Below, piece by piece: positions 45,356-56,408 of a DNA stretch of 64,000 bases. The DNA is taken from the NCBI RefSeq assembly GCF_002854065.1, contig NZ_CP024147.1. One strand, written 5' to 3'. The stretch comes from Escherichia coli. GTDB taxonomy: Bacteria > Pseudomonadota > Gammaproteobacteria > Enterobacterales > Enterobacteriaceae. The translations under genes and the position numbers were made by a program. Within the stretch, counting starts at the first letter, position 1. Each line of letters begins with the position of its first letter. The notes beneath the pieces are model-generated. The model saw only the letters and a list, made by a program, of their open reading frames with translations. It made no database searches and was not told the DNA's origin.

Positions 45356-46684
45356 ATGGAAAACGCTAAAATGAACTCGCTCATCGCCCAGTATCCGTTG
45401 GTAAAGGATCTGGTTGCTCTTAAAGAAACCACCTGGTTTAATCCTGGCACGACCTCATTGGCTGAAGGTTTACCTTATGTTGGCCTGACCGAACAGGATG
45501 TTCAGGACGCCCATGCGCGCTTATCCCGTTTTGCACCCTATCTGGCAAAAGCATTTCCTGAAACTGCTGCCACTGGGGGGATTATTGAATCAGAACTGGT
45601 TGCCATTCCGGCTATGCAAAAACGGCTGGAAAAGGAATATCAACAACCGATCAGCGGGCAACTGTTACTGAAAAAAGATAGCCATTTGCCCATTTCCGGC
45701 TCCATAAAAGCACGCGGCGGGATTTATGAAGTCCTGGCACACGCAGAAAAACTGGCTCTGGAAGCGGGGTTGCTGACGCTTGATGATGACTACAGCAAAC
45801 TGCTTTCTCCGGAGTTTAAACAGTTCTTTAGCCAGTACAGCATTGCTGTGGGCTCAACCGGAAATCTGGGGTTATCAATCGGCATTATGAGCGCCCGCAT
45901 TGGCTTTAAGGTGACAGTGCATATGTCTGCTGATGCCCGGGCATGGAAAAAAGCGAAACTGCGCAGCCATGGCGTTACGGTCGTGGAATATGAGCAAGAT
46001 TATGGTGTTGCCGTCGAGGAAGGACGTAAAGCAGCGCAGTCTGACCCGAACTGTTTCTTTATTGATGACGAAAATTCCCGCACGTTGTTCCTTGGGTATT
46101 CCGTCGCTGGCCAGCGTCTTAAAGCGCAATTTGCCCAGCAAGGCCGTATCGTCGATGCTGATAACCCTCTGTTTGTCTATCTGCCGTGTGGTGTTGGCGG
46201 TGGTCCTGGTGGCGTCGCATTCGGGCTTAAACTGGCGTTTGGCGATCATGTTCACTGCTTTTTTGCCGAACCAACGCACTCCCCTTGTATGCTGTTAGGC
46301 ATCCATACAGGGTTACACGATCATATTTCTGTTCAGGATATTGGTATCGACAACCTTACCGCAGCGGATGGCCTTGCTGTTGGTCGCGCATCAGGCTTTG
46401 TCGGGCGGGCAATGGAGCGTCTGCTGGATGGCTTCTATACCCTTAGCGATCAAACCATGTATGACATGCTTGGCTGGCTGGCGCAGGAAGAAGGTATTCG
46501 TCTTGAACCTTCGGCACTGGCGGGTATGGCCGGACCTCAGCGCGTGTGTGCATCAGTAAGTTACCAACAGATGCACGGTTTCAGCGCAGAACAGCTGCGT
46601 AATGCCACTCATCTGGTGTGGGCGACGGGAGGTGGAATGGTGCCGGAAGAAGAGATGAATCAATATCTGGCAAAAGGCCGTTAA
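45356..46684 (+). CDS. dsdA: D-serine dehydratase (ammonia-lyase) DsdA
   Basis: 442-aa ORF; PLP-lysine motif region SGSIKARGG; recognised as DsdA. Confidence 0.93.
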   Translation: MENAKMNSLIAQYPLVKDLVALKETTWFNPGTTSLAEGLPYVGLTEQDVQDAHARLSRFAPYLAKAFPETAATGGIIESELVAIPAMQKRLEKEYQQPISGQLLLKKDSHLPISGSIKARGGIYEVLAHAEKLALEAGLLTLDDDYSKLLSPEFKQFFSQYSIAVGSTGNLGLSIGIMSARIGFKVTVHMSADARAWKKAKLRSHGVTVVEYEQDYGVAVEEGRKAAQSDPNCFFIDDENSRTLFLGYSVAGQRLKAQFAQQGRIVDADNPLFVYLPCGVGGGPGGVAFGLKLAFGDHVHCFFAEPTHSPCMLLGIHTGLHDHISVQDIGIDNLTAADGLAVGRASGFVGRAMERLLDGFYTLSDQTMYDMLGWLAQEEGIRLEPSALAGMAGPQRVCASVSYQQMHGFSAEQLRNATHLVWATGGGMVPEEEMNQYLAKGR

Positions 46685-46791
46685 TAACGTTTCAACGCAG
46701 CATCGCCATCCTTTCCCTGGGTGAGCGATGCTGCCGATGGCGCAGACTTAAGATCCCCGGTCTTACCCGCTATAACCCCCTGCTTTTACCA

Positions 46792-48330
46792 TCACCCAAC
46801 GCCTTTCGCTGTAAACGGCGGTTTCGCAAACCAAACCAAAACCGTAAGTAAGATAAAAGCAATAGCCGCCATACGGAAAATCTCATTTGCAGAAATAGAA
46901 AGTGACTGCTGGGTTATTTCATTATTAATTTCATTAAGAACTCCTGAAAGCGAACCATAGTATTTATCCATAATTTGTGACGATGAATTAAACACGGGGT
47001 TAAATTGATCGATGGTTGCTGTCAACTGACTATGGTGTAACGATTCGCGTCGTCCCCACAGCGTCATTGTCAACGACGTACCAACGGATCCTGACAAGGT
47101 ACGAAAAAAATTACTCATACTCGAGGCATTGGCAAATTTATTATCTGGCAACCCTGAAAACGAAATCGTTGTTAAGGGTAAAAAGAAACAGGCAACGGCG
47201 AATCCCTGGAAAAACTGTGGCAAAATGATGCCTGTAAAATCAATCGTTGGCATAAATGTCACAGAACGCCAGTAATAGCAAACCGCATACATCAAAAAAC
47301 TAAATGTCACTAACAACCGCATGTCTATTTTGTTGCCATAACGTCCTATCAAAGGTGAAATTAATAGTGGCATGATGCCGATGGGCGCATAAGCAAGTCC
47401 GGCCCATATCGCATTATACCCCATCGTTTCCTGGAGTAACTGCGGCATAAGGACGATCGCTCCAGAGTAAAATAAATACGCGCATGTGATACTCACTATA
47501 CCAATGGTGAAGTTACGGGACTTAAACAAACTGAGATCAAGAATCGGGTTCTCTGAGGTCGACTCCCAAATGACTAAAGAGATCAGAGAAATAACTGATA
47601 CTACTGTTAATATTATTATTGTACTCGAGTTGAACCAATCCAGATCGCGCCCTTTATCAAGCATAATTTGCAAGCCACCAACACCGAGCACTAACAGGGT
47701 CAGTCCTGGTAGATTCATTTTGACCGGTGAAGTCTCAGTTTCTCTTCCTTTAAGTAAAGTTAAGCATAATGTCAGGACGATAATCCCCATAGGGACATTG
47801 ATTAAAAATATCCAACCCCAGCTAAAGTTATCACAAATATAACCGCCCAATATCGGCCCACATATCGGAGCGATAATCACGGTCATTGACCATAATGCCA
47901 GAGCAAATGTTCTTTTTTCTGGTGGATAATTCCTTAATAATAAACTCTGTGACAGTGGAATTAACGGCCCTGCCATTAACCCCTGAACGACTCTAAAAAA
48001 TATCAGCACATCAAGATTGGTCGATAAACTACACATTAAGGAAGACAGCGAAAAAAAAGTGACTGAAAGTAAAAATAACCTTAATTCGCCTATTCTTTGT
48101 GCCAGCCTGCCGGTAACAGGGATCGCAATGGCATTTGCTACGCCAAACGAGGTGATAACCCAGGTGCCTTCGTCTGTTGATGCTCCCAGAAAGCCAGATA
48201 TTGTCGGTATTGCGACGTTAGAAATAGTGGAATCCAACATTTGCATAAACGTCGCTAATGACAATGCAATAGTGACGCACCATAACGTCCCACCGGTTAA
48301 TGGTGCCGGAGTTGATTTAGTGATTGCCAT
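46792..48330 (-). CDS. emrY: MFS multidrug efflux pump EmrY (EmrB paralog)
   Basis: 512-aa 14-TM ORF; immediately downstream of emrK with overlapping stop/start. Confidence 0.9.
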   Translation of the reverse strand: MAITKSTPAPLTGGTLWCVTIALSLATFMQMLDSTISNVAIPTISGFLGASTDEGTWVITSFGVANAIAIPVTGRLAQRIGELRLFLLSVTFFSLSSLMCSLSTNLDVLIFFRVVQGLMAGPLIPLSQSLLLRNYPPEKRTFALALWSMTVIIAPICGPILGGYICDNFSWGWIFLINVPMGIIVLTLCLTLLKGRETETSPVKMNLPGLTLLVLGVGGLQIMLDKGRDLDWFNSSTIIILTVVSVISLISLVIWESTSENPILDLSLFKSRNFTIGIVSITCAYLFYSGAIVLMPQLLQETMGYNAIWAGLAYAPIGIMPLLISPLIGRYGNKIDMRLLVTFSFLMYAVCYYWRSVTFMPTIDFTGIILPQFFQGFAVACFFLPLTTISFSGLPDNKFANASSMSNFFRTLSGSVGTSLTMTLWGRRESLHHSQLTATIDQFNPVFNSSSQIMDKYYGSLSGVLNEINNEITQQSLSISANEIFRMAAIAFILLTVLVWFAKPPFTAKGVG

Positions 48331-49493
48331 TAAAGTTGTCCATTATGCGAAATAATGTTGCTAATTTCTTTTTCTATCGGACTGGTATCGATAACTAAAG
48401 CCTTACTGGTATAAGCCGGCATGGAGGTCACGGTTGAAGCCAGATCAGGCAGCTCAGCAATGTCTTCGTCCTTCGTATCAATAGTTGCAGTCATCGATAA
48501 ACCAATGCGCAAGGGGTGTTCCATGAGTTCTTTTGGATCAAGAGAAACTTCAACCGGTACACGCTGAACGATTTTGATCCAGTTCCCTGTCGCATTTTGT
48601 GCAGGTAATAAGGAGAACGCATTGCCGGTTCCCATATTGATCCCTGTCACCCGGCCATGAAACACAACATTCTCACCATAAAGATCGCTGATAATATTGA
48701 CCGATTGACCAATCCGTACATCCGTGAGTTGTGTTTCTTTAAAGTTAGCATTAACCCACATTTGACGTGCCGGTACGACAGCCATTAACGATTGTCCGGG
48801 ACTCACTGTTTCGCCGACCTGAACACTTCTCTGGGCAATATAGCCGGTAACCGGACTCTTAATATCCGTACGTTTAAGCGCCAACCAGGCTTCTTTGGTT
48901 GCATCCGCAGCTTCAACGACTTGTGGCTGACGGTTTAATGGTGTGTTCATTACTAAAGCTTTATTCGCTTTATAAGCCTGGATAGCGGCATTCAATGCCG
49001 CTTTGCTACTTATTAACGTATCTTTGGTATGCTCCAGCGTTTCTTTTGAAATAACCCCCTGCTTCGCTAAAGGCACACGACGGTTATAATCTTCTAAAGA
49101 TTGTTGATACTGAATACGTGCTGAAGCAACTTCGGCACTGTATTGTTTATCCTGTAAGTATAGTTTATTCGTTTGCCGAACAATATTTGCCAGATTATTT
49201 TTAGCTTTATTGAGTGCGATAGTGGCATCAGTTTTATCCAGTGAAACTAAAATGTCACCCTGTCGAACGTAGTTCGTATCTTTATGATTAACTACAGTGA
49301 CACTACCTGAGACTTGTGCAGAAATTGGATCTGCATTCCCCGTGACATAGGCGTCATCTGTACTAATCATGTCTTCTAATTCCATTGACCAATAGGCATA
49401 GGCACCTGAAAACGCAATAAATAAAACTACCGCCAATAAAGAAAAGTATTTTCTTCTGTTAGAATGTTTTTTATTTGAATTAATCTGTTCCAC
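48330..49493 (-). CDS. emrK: Membrane fusion protein EmrK (EmrA paralog)
   Basis: 387-aa ORF with N-terminal membrane anchor and coiled-coil/lipoyl-like fold; divergent from evgA. Confidence 0.9.
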   Translation of the reverse strand: MEQINSNKKHSNRRKYFSLLAVVLFIAFSGAYAYWSMELEDMISTDDAYVTGNADPISAQVSGSVTVVNHKDTNYVRQGDILVSLDKTDATIALNKAKNNLANIVRQTNKLYLQDKQYSAEVASARIQYQQSLEDYNRRVPLAKQGVISKETLEHTKDTLISSKAALNAAIQAYKANKALVMNTPLNRQPQVVEAADATKEAWLALKRTDIKSPVTGYIAQRSVQVGETVSPGQSLMAVVPARQMWVNANFKETQLTDVRIGQSVNIISDLYGENVVFHGRVTGINMGTGNAFSLLPAQNATGNWIKIVQRVPVEVSLDPKELMEHPLRIGLSMTATIDTKDEDIAELPDLASTVTSMPAYTSKALVIDTSPIEKEISNIISHNGQL

Positions 49494-49665
49494 TTTTATC
49501 TCTCATTTCGCATAGATGAAATTTATGAATTGAATGAAAAGAGTATTCATTCTTCATATCAAACACAGTGCATGTGTGCACATTATCCCAGGAACGTTGG
49601 AGGCCTAATTTAAATGAGGTGCAAAAAAAACAACAGAGGACTAAACCGTGGCTTTTGCAATACAA

Positions 49666-49692
49666 TTCTTACGCCTGTAGGATTAGTGAGAA
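49666..49692. promoter_or_regulatory. Candidate EvgA-binding inverted repeat in the emrK-evgA divergent promoter region
   Basis: TTCTTACGCCTGTAGGATTAGTGAGAA, an imperfect inverted repeat matching the recalled EvgA box (TTCPyTACA-N6-TGTAPuGAA). Confidence 0.45.
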
Positions 49693-49907
49693 GACTTATA
49701 GTGCTAATGTGAAACTATAAATCATCGGTACAATCCCTGATTTTATTGTTGACATTTCATATATGCCGACTATTTATATGGTATACTTGTCGAATTATCT
49801 TAAAGGAAGCTCAAATTTTCTTATTTTTATTGAGAAAATGAGATGATGCCTTATGTCTGTATTACTACAGGGAGAAGGGAGATGCTTCATTGCAAAGGGA
49901 ATAATCT

Positions 49908-50522
49908 ATGAACGCAATAATTATTGATGACCATCCTCTTGCTATCGCAGCAATTCGTAATTTATTGATCAAAAACGATATTGAAATCTTAGCAGAGTTG
50001 ACTGAAGGCGGAAGTGCCGTTCAGCGGGTGGAAACACTTAAGCCTGATATCGTCATCATTGATGTCGATATCCCCGGAGTTAACGGTATCCAGGTGTTAG
50101 AAACGCTGAGGAAGCGCCAATATAGCGGAATTATTATTATCGTCTCCGCTAAAAATGACCATTTTTACGGGAAACATTGTGCTGATGCTGGCGCTAATGG
50201 TTTCGTGAGTAAAAAAGAAGGCATGAACAATATCATTGCGGCTATTGAAGCTGCAAAAAATGGCTACTGCTATTTCCCCTTCTCTCTCAACCGGTTTGTT
50301 GGAAGTTTAACGTCCGACCAGCAAAAACTCGACTCCTTATCGAAACAAGAAATTAGTGTCATGCGCTATATTCTTGATGGCAAGGATAATAATGACATTG
50401 CTGAAAAAATGTTCATCAGCAACAAAACTGTCAGCACGTATAAAAGTCGCCTGATGGAAAAATTAGAATGTAAATCACTGATGGATCTTTACACATTCGC
50501 ACAACGTAACAAAATCGGCTAA
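49908..50522 (+). CDS. evgA: Response regulator EvgA (NarL/LuxR family)
   Basis: 204-aa ORF; receiver domain with phospho-acceptor Asp (IIDVDIPG) and C-terminal LuxR HTH. Confidence 0.93.
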   Translation: MNAIIIDDHPLAIAAIRNLLIKNDIEILAELTEGGSAVQRVETLKPDIVIIDVDIPGVNGIQVLETLRKRQYSGIIIIVSAKNDHFYGKHCADAGANGFVSKKEGMNNIIAAIEAAKNGYCYFPFSLNRFVGSLTSDQQKLDSLSKQEISVMRYILDGKDNNDIAEKMFISNKTVSTYKSRLMEKLECKSLMDLYTFAQRNKIG

Positions 50523-50526
50523 CCAC

Positions 50527-53500
50527 ATGAAGTTTTTACCCTATATTTTTCTTCTCTGTTGTGGTCTTTGGTCGACCATAAGTTTCGCAGACGAAGATTA
50601 CATCGAATATCGTGGCATCAGTAGTAACAACCGTGTCACACTTGATCCACTACGTCTGAGCAACAAGGAATTACGTTGGTTAGCGAGCAAAAAAAATCTT
50701 GTGATTGCAGTACATAAGTCCCAAACGGCTACGTTGTTGCATACCGATTCGCAGCAACGGGTTCGTGGTATTAATGCTGATTATTTAAATCTTTTAAAAA
50801 GAGCGTTAAATATCAAATTAACACTCCGGGAATACGCCGATCACCAAAAAGCAATGGACGCGCTGGAAGAAGGTGAAGTCGATATAGTGTTATCACATTT
50901 AGTTGCTTCGCCGCCTCTTAATGATGACATTGCTGCAACCAAACCACTGATAATTACCTTTCCGGCGCTGGTCACCACCCTTCACGATTCAATGCGACCG
51001 CTTACCTCATCAAAACCAGTAAATATTGCTCGAGTAGCAAATTATCCCCCTGACGAGGTAATTCATCAATCATTTCCAAAAGCAACAATTATCTCTTTTA
51101 CAAATTTATATCAGGCATTAGCATCCGTCTCAGCCGGACAGAATGATTACTTTATTGGTAGTAACATCATTACCAGCAGTATGATTTCCCGCTATTTCAC
51201 TCACTCCTTAAATGTAGTGAAATATTATAACTCACCGCGTCAATATAATTTTTTCTTGACCAGAAAAGAATCTGTCGTTCTTAATGAAGTACTCAATCGA
51301 TTTGTTGATGCTTTGACAAATGAAGTTCGCTATGAAGTATCACAAAATTGGCTTGATACAGGAAACCTGGCCTTTCTGAACAAACCATTAGAACTCACTG
51401 AACATGAAAAACAGTGGATTAAGCAGCATCCCGATTTAAAGGTGCTGGAAAATCCTTACTCGCCCCCCTATTCTATGACGGATGAAAATGGCTCGGTTCG
51501 GGGCGTTATGGGGGACATTCTTAATATTATTACCTTGCAAACAGGTTTAAATTTTTCTCCGATCACCGTTTCACACAATATCCATGCTGGAACACAGCTG
51601 AATCCCGGCGGATGGGATATATTACCCGGTGCTATTTATAGTGAAGATAGAGAAAATAATGTTTTATTTGCTGAAGCCTTCATAACAACGCCTTACGTTT
51701 TTGTCATGCAAAAAGCGCCTGACAGTGAACAAACATTAAAAAAAGGAATGAAAGTTGCCATTCCATATTATTATGAGCTTCATTCGCAATTAAAAGAGAT
51801 GTATCCGGAGGTAGAGTGGATAAAAGTCGATAACGCCAGCGCTGCATTTCACAAGGTCAAGGAAGGCGAACTTGATGCTCTGGTCGCGACACAGTTAAAT
51901 TCACGTTACATGATCGACCATTACTATCCTAATGAACTTTATCATTTTCTTATTCCCGGCGTTCCGAATGCATCGCTTTCGTTCGCTTTTCCTCGCGGAG
52001 AACCGGAACTTAAGGATATTATTAATAAAGCACTGAATGCAATCCCCCCAAGCGAAGTTCTGCGCCTGACCGAAAAATGGATTAAAATGCCCAATGTGAC
52101 CATTGACACATGGGACCTCTATAGCGAGCAATTTTATATTGTTACGACATTATCCGTTTTATTAGTTGGCAGTAGCCTTTTATGGGGATTCTACCTGTTA
52201 CGCTCAGTTCGTCGTCGTAAAGTCATTCAGGGTGATTTAGAAAACCAAATATCATTCCGGAAAGCACTCTCGGATTCCTTACCGAATCCAACTTATGTTG
52301 TAAACTGGCAAGGTAATGTCATTAGTCATAATAGTGCTTTTGAACATTATTTCACTGCGGATTACTACAAAAATGCAATGTTACCATTAGAAAACAGTGA
52401 CTCCCCCTTTAAAGATGTTTTTTCTAATGCGCATGAAGTCACAGCAGAAACGAAAGAAAATCGAACAATATACACACAGGTATTTGAAATTGATAATGGC
52501 ATCGAGAAAAGATGCATTAATCACTGGCATACATTATGCAATCTGCCAGCCAGCGAACATGCTGTTTATATTTGTGGTTGGCAAGATATTACCGAGACGC
52601 GTGATTTAATTCATGCACTCGAAGTAGAGAGAAATAAAGCGATCAATGCAACTGTCGCAAAAAGCCAGTTTCTGGCAACAATGAGTCACGAAATAAGAAC
52701 ACCAATTAGCTCCATTATGGGCTTCCTGGAACTTCTGTCGGGTTCTGGTCTTAGCAAGGAGCAACGTGTGGAGGCGATTTCACTTGCCTACGCCACCGGA
52801 CAATCACTCCTCGGCTTAATTGGTGAAATCCTTGATGTCGACAAAATTGAATCGGGTAACTATCAACTTCAACCACAATGGGTCGATATTCCTACTTTAG
52901 TCCAGAACACTTGTCACTCTTTCGGTGCGATTGCTGCAAGCAAATCGATCGCATTAAGTTGCAGCAGTACGTTTCCTGAACATTACCTGGTTAAGATCGA
53001 CCCTCAGGCGTTTAAGCAGGTCTTATCAAATTTACTGAGTAATGCTCTCAAATTTACCACCGAGGGGGCAGTAAAAATTACGACCTCCCTGGTTCACATT
53101 GATGACAACCACGCTGTAATCAAAATGACGATTATGGATTCTGGAAGTGGATTATCACAGGAAGAACAACAACAACTGTTTAAACGTTATAGCCAAACAA
53201 GTGCAGGTCGTCAGCAAACAGGTTCTGGTTTAGGCTTAATGATCTGCAAAGAATTAATTAAAAACATGCAGGGTGATTTGTCATTAGAAAGTCATCCAGG
53301 CATAGGAACAACATTTACGATCACAATCCCGGTAGAAATTACCCAACAAGTGGCGGCTGTCGAGGCAAAAGCAGAACAACCTATCACACTACCTGAAAAG
53401 TTGAGCATATTAATCGCGGATGATCATCCGACCAACAGGCTATTACTCAAACGCCAGCTAAATCTATTAGGATATGATGTTGACGAAGCCACTGATGGTG

Positions 53501-54120
53501 TGCAAGCGCTACACAAAGTCAGTATGCAACATTATGATCTGCTTATTACTGACGTTAATATGCCGAATATGGATGGTTTTGAGTTGACTCGCAAACTCCG
53601 TGAGCAAAATTCGTCCTTACCCATCTGGGGGCTTACAGCCAACGCACAGGCTAACGAACGTGAAAAAGGGTTAAATTGCGGCATGAACTTATGTTTGTTC
53701 AAACCGTTGACCCTGGATGTACTGAAAACACATTTAAGTCAGTTACACCAGGTTGCGCATATTGCACCTCAGTATCGCCACCTTGATATCGAAGCCCTGA
53801 AAAATAATACGGCGAACGATCTACAACTGATGCAGGAGATTCTCATGACTTTCCAGCATGAAACGCATAAAGATCTACCCGCTGCGTTTCATGCACTAGA
53901 AGCTGGCGATAACAGAACTTTCCATCAATGTATTCATCGCATCCACGGTGCGGCTAACATCCTGAATTTGCAAAAGTTGATTAATATTAGCCATCAGTTA
54001 GAAATAACACCTGTTTCAGATGACAGTAAGCCTGAAATTCTTCAGTTGCTAAACTCTGTAAAAGAACACATTGCAGAGCTGGACCAGGAAATTGCTGTTT
54101 TCTGTCAGCAAAATGACTAA
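50527..54120 (+). CDS. evgS: Hybrid sensor histidine kinase EvgS
   Basis: 1197-aa ORF; two periplasmic solute-binding-like domains, TM, H-box HEIRTP, ATPase, receiver (DDHPTN...D) and HPt domains. Confidence 0.93.
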   Translation: MKFLPYIFLLCCGLWSTISFADEDYIEYRGISSNNRVTLDPLRLSNKELRWLASKKNLVIAVHKSQTATLLHTDSQQRVRGINADYLNLLKRALNIKLTLREYADHQKAMDALEEGEVDIVLSHLVASPPLNDDIAATKPLIITFPALVTTLHDSMRPLTSSKPVNIARVANYPPDEVIHQSFPKATIISFTNLYQALASVSAGQNDYFIGSNIITSSMISRYFTHSLNVVKYYNSPRQYNFFLTRKESVVLNEVLNRFVDALTNEVRYEVSQNWLDTGNLAFLNKPLELTEHEKQWIKQHPDLKVLENPYSPPYSMTDENGSVRGVMGDILNIITLQTGLNFSPITVSHNIHAGTQLNPGGWDILPGAIYSEDRENNVLFAEAFITTPYVFVMQKAPDSEQTLKKGMKVAIPYYYELHSQLKEMYPEVEWIKVDNASAAFHKVKEGELDALVATQLNSRYMIDHYYPNELYHFLIPGVPNASLSFAFPRGEPELKDIINKALNAIPPSEVLRLTEKWIKMPNVTIDTWDLYSEQFYIVTTLSVLLVGSSLLWGFYLLRSVRRRKVIQGDLENQISFRKALSDSLPNPTYVVNWQGNVISHNSAFEHYFTADYYKNAMLPLENSDSPFKDVFSNAHEVTAETKENRTIYTQVFEIDNGIEKRCINHWHTLCNLPASEHAVYICGWQDITETRDLIHALEVERNKAINATVAKSQFLATMSHEIRTPISSIMGFLELLSGSGLSKEQRVEAISLAYATGQSLLGLIGEILDVDKIESGNYQLQPQWVDIPTLVQNTCHSFGAIAASKSIALSCSSTFPEHYLVKIDPQAFKQVLSNLLSNALKFTTEGAVKITTSLVHIDDNHAVIKMTIMDSGSGLSQEEQQQLFKRYSQTSAGRQQTGSGLGLMICKELIKNMQGDLSLESHPGIGTTFTITIPVEITQQVAAVEAKAEQPITLPEKLSILIADDHPTNRLLLKRQLNLLGYDVDEATDGVQALHKVSMQHYDLLITDVNMPNMDGFELTRKLREQNSSLPIWGLTANAQANEREKGLNCGMNLCLFKPLTLDVLKTHLSQLHQVAHIAPQYRHLDIEALKNNTANDLQLMQEILMTFQHETHKDLPAAFHALEAGDNRTFHQCIHRIHGAANILNLQKLINISHQLEITPVSDDSKPEILQLLNSVKEHIAELDQEIAVFCQQND

Positions 54121-54175
54121 ATAGCGGCTCCCACAATGTTCAAATGTGGGAGCTATTTACCAGCACATCTTACAT

Positions 54176-55321
54176 TTATGATGAGAACTCCTGGCGAATT
54201 TGCTCCCCATGCTGGTCGAGCGTTGCCGCTCCCGGCATAACATGCGGGTCCGCGCAGCCACTGATTTTTATCGGATTACCCGGCATCATTATTCCCCCGG
54301 CTTCAATCAACATATTTCTCGCCTGAGTTTGTGGCAAATTAATGGCCTCAGCCACACTTAATAACGGCGCGACGGGCACACCAACTTCATGTATTCTGGC
54401 TAACCAAACTTCAGCTGCCTGTGTTTTTAACGTCCGCTCAATATATTGTTTAAGAATAGCCTGGTTTTGTACGCGTAAAATATTGCTGCTAAATCTGGGA
54501 TCATTAACCAGTTCCGTAAGCTCCAGTGCCTGGCATAACGCAGAGAAAAGCTTGTCATTACCACAACAAATCGTAATCGGCTTATCCTGAGTATCGAAAA
54601 CATCAAAAGGTGCCATGTAGGGGTGGCGATTTCCCAAACGTTGTGGTGACTTCCCAGTCGCGATATATGCCATCAGCCCGTGCTCCAGAAAACTCAGCGT
54701 GGCATCAAACATCGCTATATCGACATGCGCCCCTCTCTGGCTCTTTTCGCGGCCATAAAGTGCACTCACTATTCCACTGAATAAATAGACACCGCCACAT
54801 AGATCCGCAAGAGAAGTACCAACGCGCACTGGCGGAGCATCAGGGTATCCCGTTTCCATCATTATCCCGCTCATTGCCTGAATGATGGTATCGTAGGCAG
54901 GAGCATCTTTTAGCGGACCGGTATGTCCGAAACCTGACGATGAAGCATATATGAGGCGCGGGTTGATTTCTTGTAACCTTTCCCATGAAAACCCCAGTTT
55001 TTCCATTGTACCTGGGCGAAAATTCTCAGCTAATACATCAGCTTGTTTAAGCATATTTATAAATATACTTTTATCGTGATCATTCTTTAAATCAAGAACC
55101 ACACTCTCTTTACCATGATTAATAAAACTGTAATAGAGTGACTGTCCATCCACATAGGGACCAAATGTGCGGGTATCATCACCATGACCTGGTGGCTCAA
55201 CTTTAATTACCCTTGCGCCCATATTACAAAGAAGTTGAGTTCCGAAAGGTCCATTAAGGACATGTGTCATATCGATAACTAATAAGCCTTCAAACGGCCC
55301 TTTGCTTTCATTATTTGTCAT
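54176..55321 (-). CDS. yfdE: Acetyl-CoA:oxalate CoA-transferase YfdE (family III CoA-transferase)
   Basis: ORF 54176-55360; start chosen at MTNNESKGPFEGLLVIDMT (381 aa); CaiB/BaiF family signature. Confidence 0.88.
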   Translation of the reverse strand: MTNNESKGPFEGLLVIDMTHVLNGPFGTQLLCNMGARVIKVEPPGHGDDTRTFGPYVDGQSLYYSFINHGKESVVLDLKNDHDKSIFINMLKQADVLAENFRPGTMEKLGFSWERLQEINPRLIYASSSGFGHTGPLKDAPAYDTIIQAMSGIMMETGYPDAPPVRVGTSLADLCGGVYLFSGIVSALYGREKSQRGAHVDIAMFDATLSFLEHGLMAYIATGKSPQRLGNRHPYMAPFDVFDTQDKPITICCGNDKLFSALCQALELTELVNDPRFSSNILRVQNQAILKQYIERTLKTQAAEVWLARIHEVGVPVAPLLSVAEAINLPQTQARNMLIEAGGIMMPGNPIKISGCADPHVMPGAATLDQHGEQIRQEFSS

Positions 55322-55394
55322 TTGCTTATGCCTTGAAAAAAGCCGAAGGTGAAAAGACACTTCGGCATTTATGTAAAATCAATAACATGATTAA

Positions 55395-56339
55395 TTATGA
55401 AACCAGTCGACTGACATAAATCCACAAGGGAGCCGTGACGACAAAGCCCAGTACGCTCACAGCCAATGACGCTGTACCAGTGCGGGTGTAGACATTAAAC
55501 CGGCTGGCAATAATGATTCCGGAGAATGCCGGCGGTAATGCGCCTGCCAGTACCATCATCTGCAAATGTTCGCTGTTCAAATGACATGCCATACCAACGA
55601 GAAGCAGCGCCAGTGGCATCAGAATCAGCTTCAGGAAGGTGTTATAAGCAATTTCGGCACTGAACTCGAATTTATGTGCAGCCAGAGTCAACCCCGCAGC
55701 GAATACCGCTACCCCTGAGTTAGCCTTCGCAATCAGATTAAAGGTTGGGTCCCATGCTGCCGGAATTTTTACCCCAACCAACACCAGGATCGTTGCCAGA
55801 ACAGGTGCCCATACTACTGGCTCCTTTGCCGCAGAAATTAATGCGCTCAGATTACTATTCTTCTTACCATCCGCTCCTGAGGAAGGATTCAGCAAATACA
55901 GACCAATAGGAATAGTAATTGCGTTAACAATAATAGAAATAATTGCTACCACTAAACCTGTTGATACGGAATCACCATAAATAGGATCGAGAACTGCAAA
56001 TCCCAGGAATCCAATAGTAGGTGAACCTGCAATTAATGCACATACAGCTGCTTCTGCATGAGTGCGTTTAAAAAATTTGTAGCAACCGAACCAGGAGAAA
56101 AAGAAACATCCGACAATAACCACAAGTGATACAAGGGTCAGACGAGTGTCCGCAAAAATCATTTCCCTGTTTGCCCGGGTAATAGATACAAATAGGGCTG
56201 CAGGAAGCGCGTAGTTTAATACCAGTTTATTAAATGCCCGAGCTTGATCTTCTGAAAAAGTTTCTCGTCTGCCGCTAAAATAACCCAACAGCATGATTAC
56301 GATAATAGGCAATAAATCGCCAATAAAAAATGTTAGCAT
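55395..56339 (-). CDS. yfdV: AEC-family transporter YfdV
   Basis: 314-aa multi-TM ORF between yfdE and oxc. Confidence 0.88.
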
Positions 56340-56408
56340 AATAGTATTTCCGATAAGGGTCCCCTCACCATCGCATAATGAGTTGGCAAGAGGAGACGAT
56401 GTCAGTAT